Assembly: GCF_004010195.1 (NCBI RefSeq)
Contig: NC_057756.1
Location: forward strand, 9,000,320 to 9,064,319
Length of the DNA stretch: 64,000 bases
Direction: 5' to 3'
From: Chiloscyllium plagiosum
Lineage: Eukaryota
In this document: in pieces, positions 62,620 to 64,000 of the stretch
Position numbering within the stretch: position 1 is the stretch's first letter
Layout: every line of letters starts with the position of its first letter
Made by a program: the position numbers and the translations under genes
Notes under the pieces: generated by a model
Databases searched by the model: none
Told to the model about the DNA's origin: nothing
The model's input: the letters and a program-made list of their open reading frames with translations, nothing else

Positions 62620-63295
62620 AGCTGTCGATGTTGAATTGGGGTGGACAAGATTAAAAATTACACAACACCATAGATGGTTACATCTATAACCATAGGTTAT
62701 AGCTGTAACAGGGTTATTTGGAAGCATTAGCTTTCCAGCTGCTGCCTCTTCATCATGGTTATGGAACATGACCATGCGACACAGAATCTATAGCAAAGGC
62801 GTGACAATGCCATGGAGTTGCAATGATATATTAATCTACATTAATTTTTTAAAAACCCACAACATCAGGTATTAATTCTTAAACAAATTTGGATTAAGTC
62901 TGTCGTCTTTTAGAATGGGATATGGTGGTTTGGGTTCTTCAGTATGCAAATCTCAGGACTCCTTCTAATTTATATTCTCCAGGTGGCATCAATTTATCTA
63001 ACAATGTGTAATTTCAGCTCAGACTATGTGTGAAGGGAAAGACTTAACCAATGTTGAGTCAGTTCTATTTCTAAAGTGGGGCTGACAGAATCTTCCATGG
63101 ATTTCTGCAGGTTTTGAGCAAAATAATTCTGCAAATACAAATTCACCCAATAAACGTCTGTGTGTGTGGATGCAATTCAGAGACACTGGGAGCGTAAATC
63201 CATGTAAGATTCTGTCAACCCCACTTTATAAATAGAACTGACTCAACATTGGTACAGTTTTTAGCTTCACACGTGGAATGCACTGTCTGAGTGTA
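62620..63295 (-). mobile_element. Old Penelope-type (family B) element with inverted segment
   Basis: Family B tail at 62620-62760; inverted repeat 63047-63104 / 63196-63253. Confidence 0.65.
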
Positions 63296-63934
63296 CTCAT
63301 TTACAAACATTTATTTTGAATTCTGTTCATCAAAATATTTCAATTGCAACAAATTTCATTGAATGAAACTTTGCTTTGGAAATTTGGAAAATAAGCAGGT
63401 GTTGGTAGGTCATTGAGCTCATCAGTTCACGGTCCAACTGGATTTCCATTTAAACCTGTCGCTACTTAGGTATTTCTTCATGAACATCCCTCAGAGCAGA
63501 TATATTGGGAGCGTTAGAGGGTTTCAACAATGGGGTTTTTTAAAGCAAATGATTAACATGTGTAACTTATTTTAAAAAATGGAACAAGGTAATAAATAAA
63601 GGGATAGTCACAGGAATACTTTTAATGTGGATTTAGTTTGGTTTTGGAAGGTTTGACGGCTGCTGTCATTCTGGCAGTGGGCCTGACCCTTTAGTTAGTT
63701 GAATGAAAGTTTCAAGCCCAGTGTACAGATTGGGTTGGTGCCAACAGCCTCTCTGAGTCATTCCAACCCCGATTACACATCTCTGGGGGATAGTGCGCAG
63801 TTAATTGATGTTTGCAACGCTTGGGACCAGAGTACTCAGGTTTGCAAGAATAATAGCCAGACTTCAAGGTAAAGTTATAAAGAGAGATTGCACATAAATT
63901 ATACCTAGAATTTGGAAGGTCAATAAGAGGTGAC

Positions 63935-64000
63935 AGAGAGTCATAGAGATGTATAGCATGGAAACAGACCCTTTGGTCCAACTCGTCCACACTGACCAGC
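63935..64000 (-). mobile_element. CR1 3' tail (cut by window edge)
   Basis: agagtcatagagatgtatagcatggaaacagacc. Confidence 0.85.

Overview
Eukaryotic, repeat-dense vertebrate DNA, most likely a carpet or bamboo shark (Orectolobiformes; inferred from HE1-type tRNA SINEs and HER1/CR1 tails). It has one 498-N gap (6069-6566). No intact protein-coding gene is recognisable, and almost every listed ORF is a retroelement fragment or noise. Elements present: CR1, L2, Tx1, L1, Rex1/Babar, Penelope, a Gypsy relic, two probable solo LTRs and a Harbinger Myb/SANT relic. Highlights: (1) several families of short, fold-back, TSD-flanked Penelope-type elements carry a hammerhead-ribozyme core (CTGATGA-stem-GAAA-N-NUH), best preserved at 8258-8285; (2) a frameshifted P2Y-type GPCR fragment (TM3 to C-terminus) lies inside a rearranged L1 ORF2; (3) a compact CpG/CCAAT/GC/YY1/MYB promoter at about 6760-7200 has a strong minus-strand first-exon donor and apparently non-coding flanks; (4) a nested tandem duplication at 33.4-40.0 kb has copy-specific TE insertions and CTCF-like motifs; (5) an old duplicated non-TE block occurs at about 54 kb and 62 kb. 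Coordinates were read by eye, so the ends of degenerate repeats are approximate.
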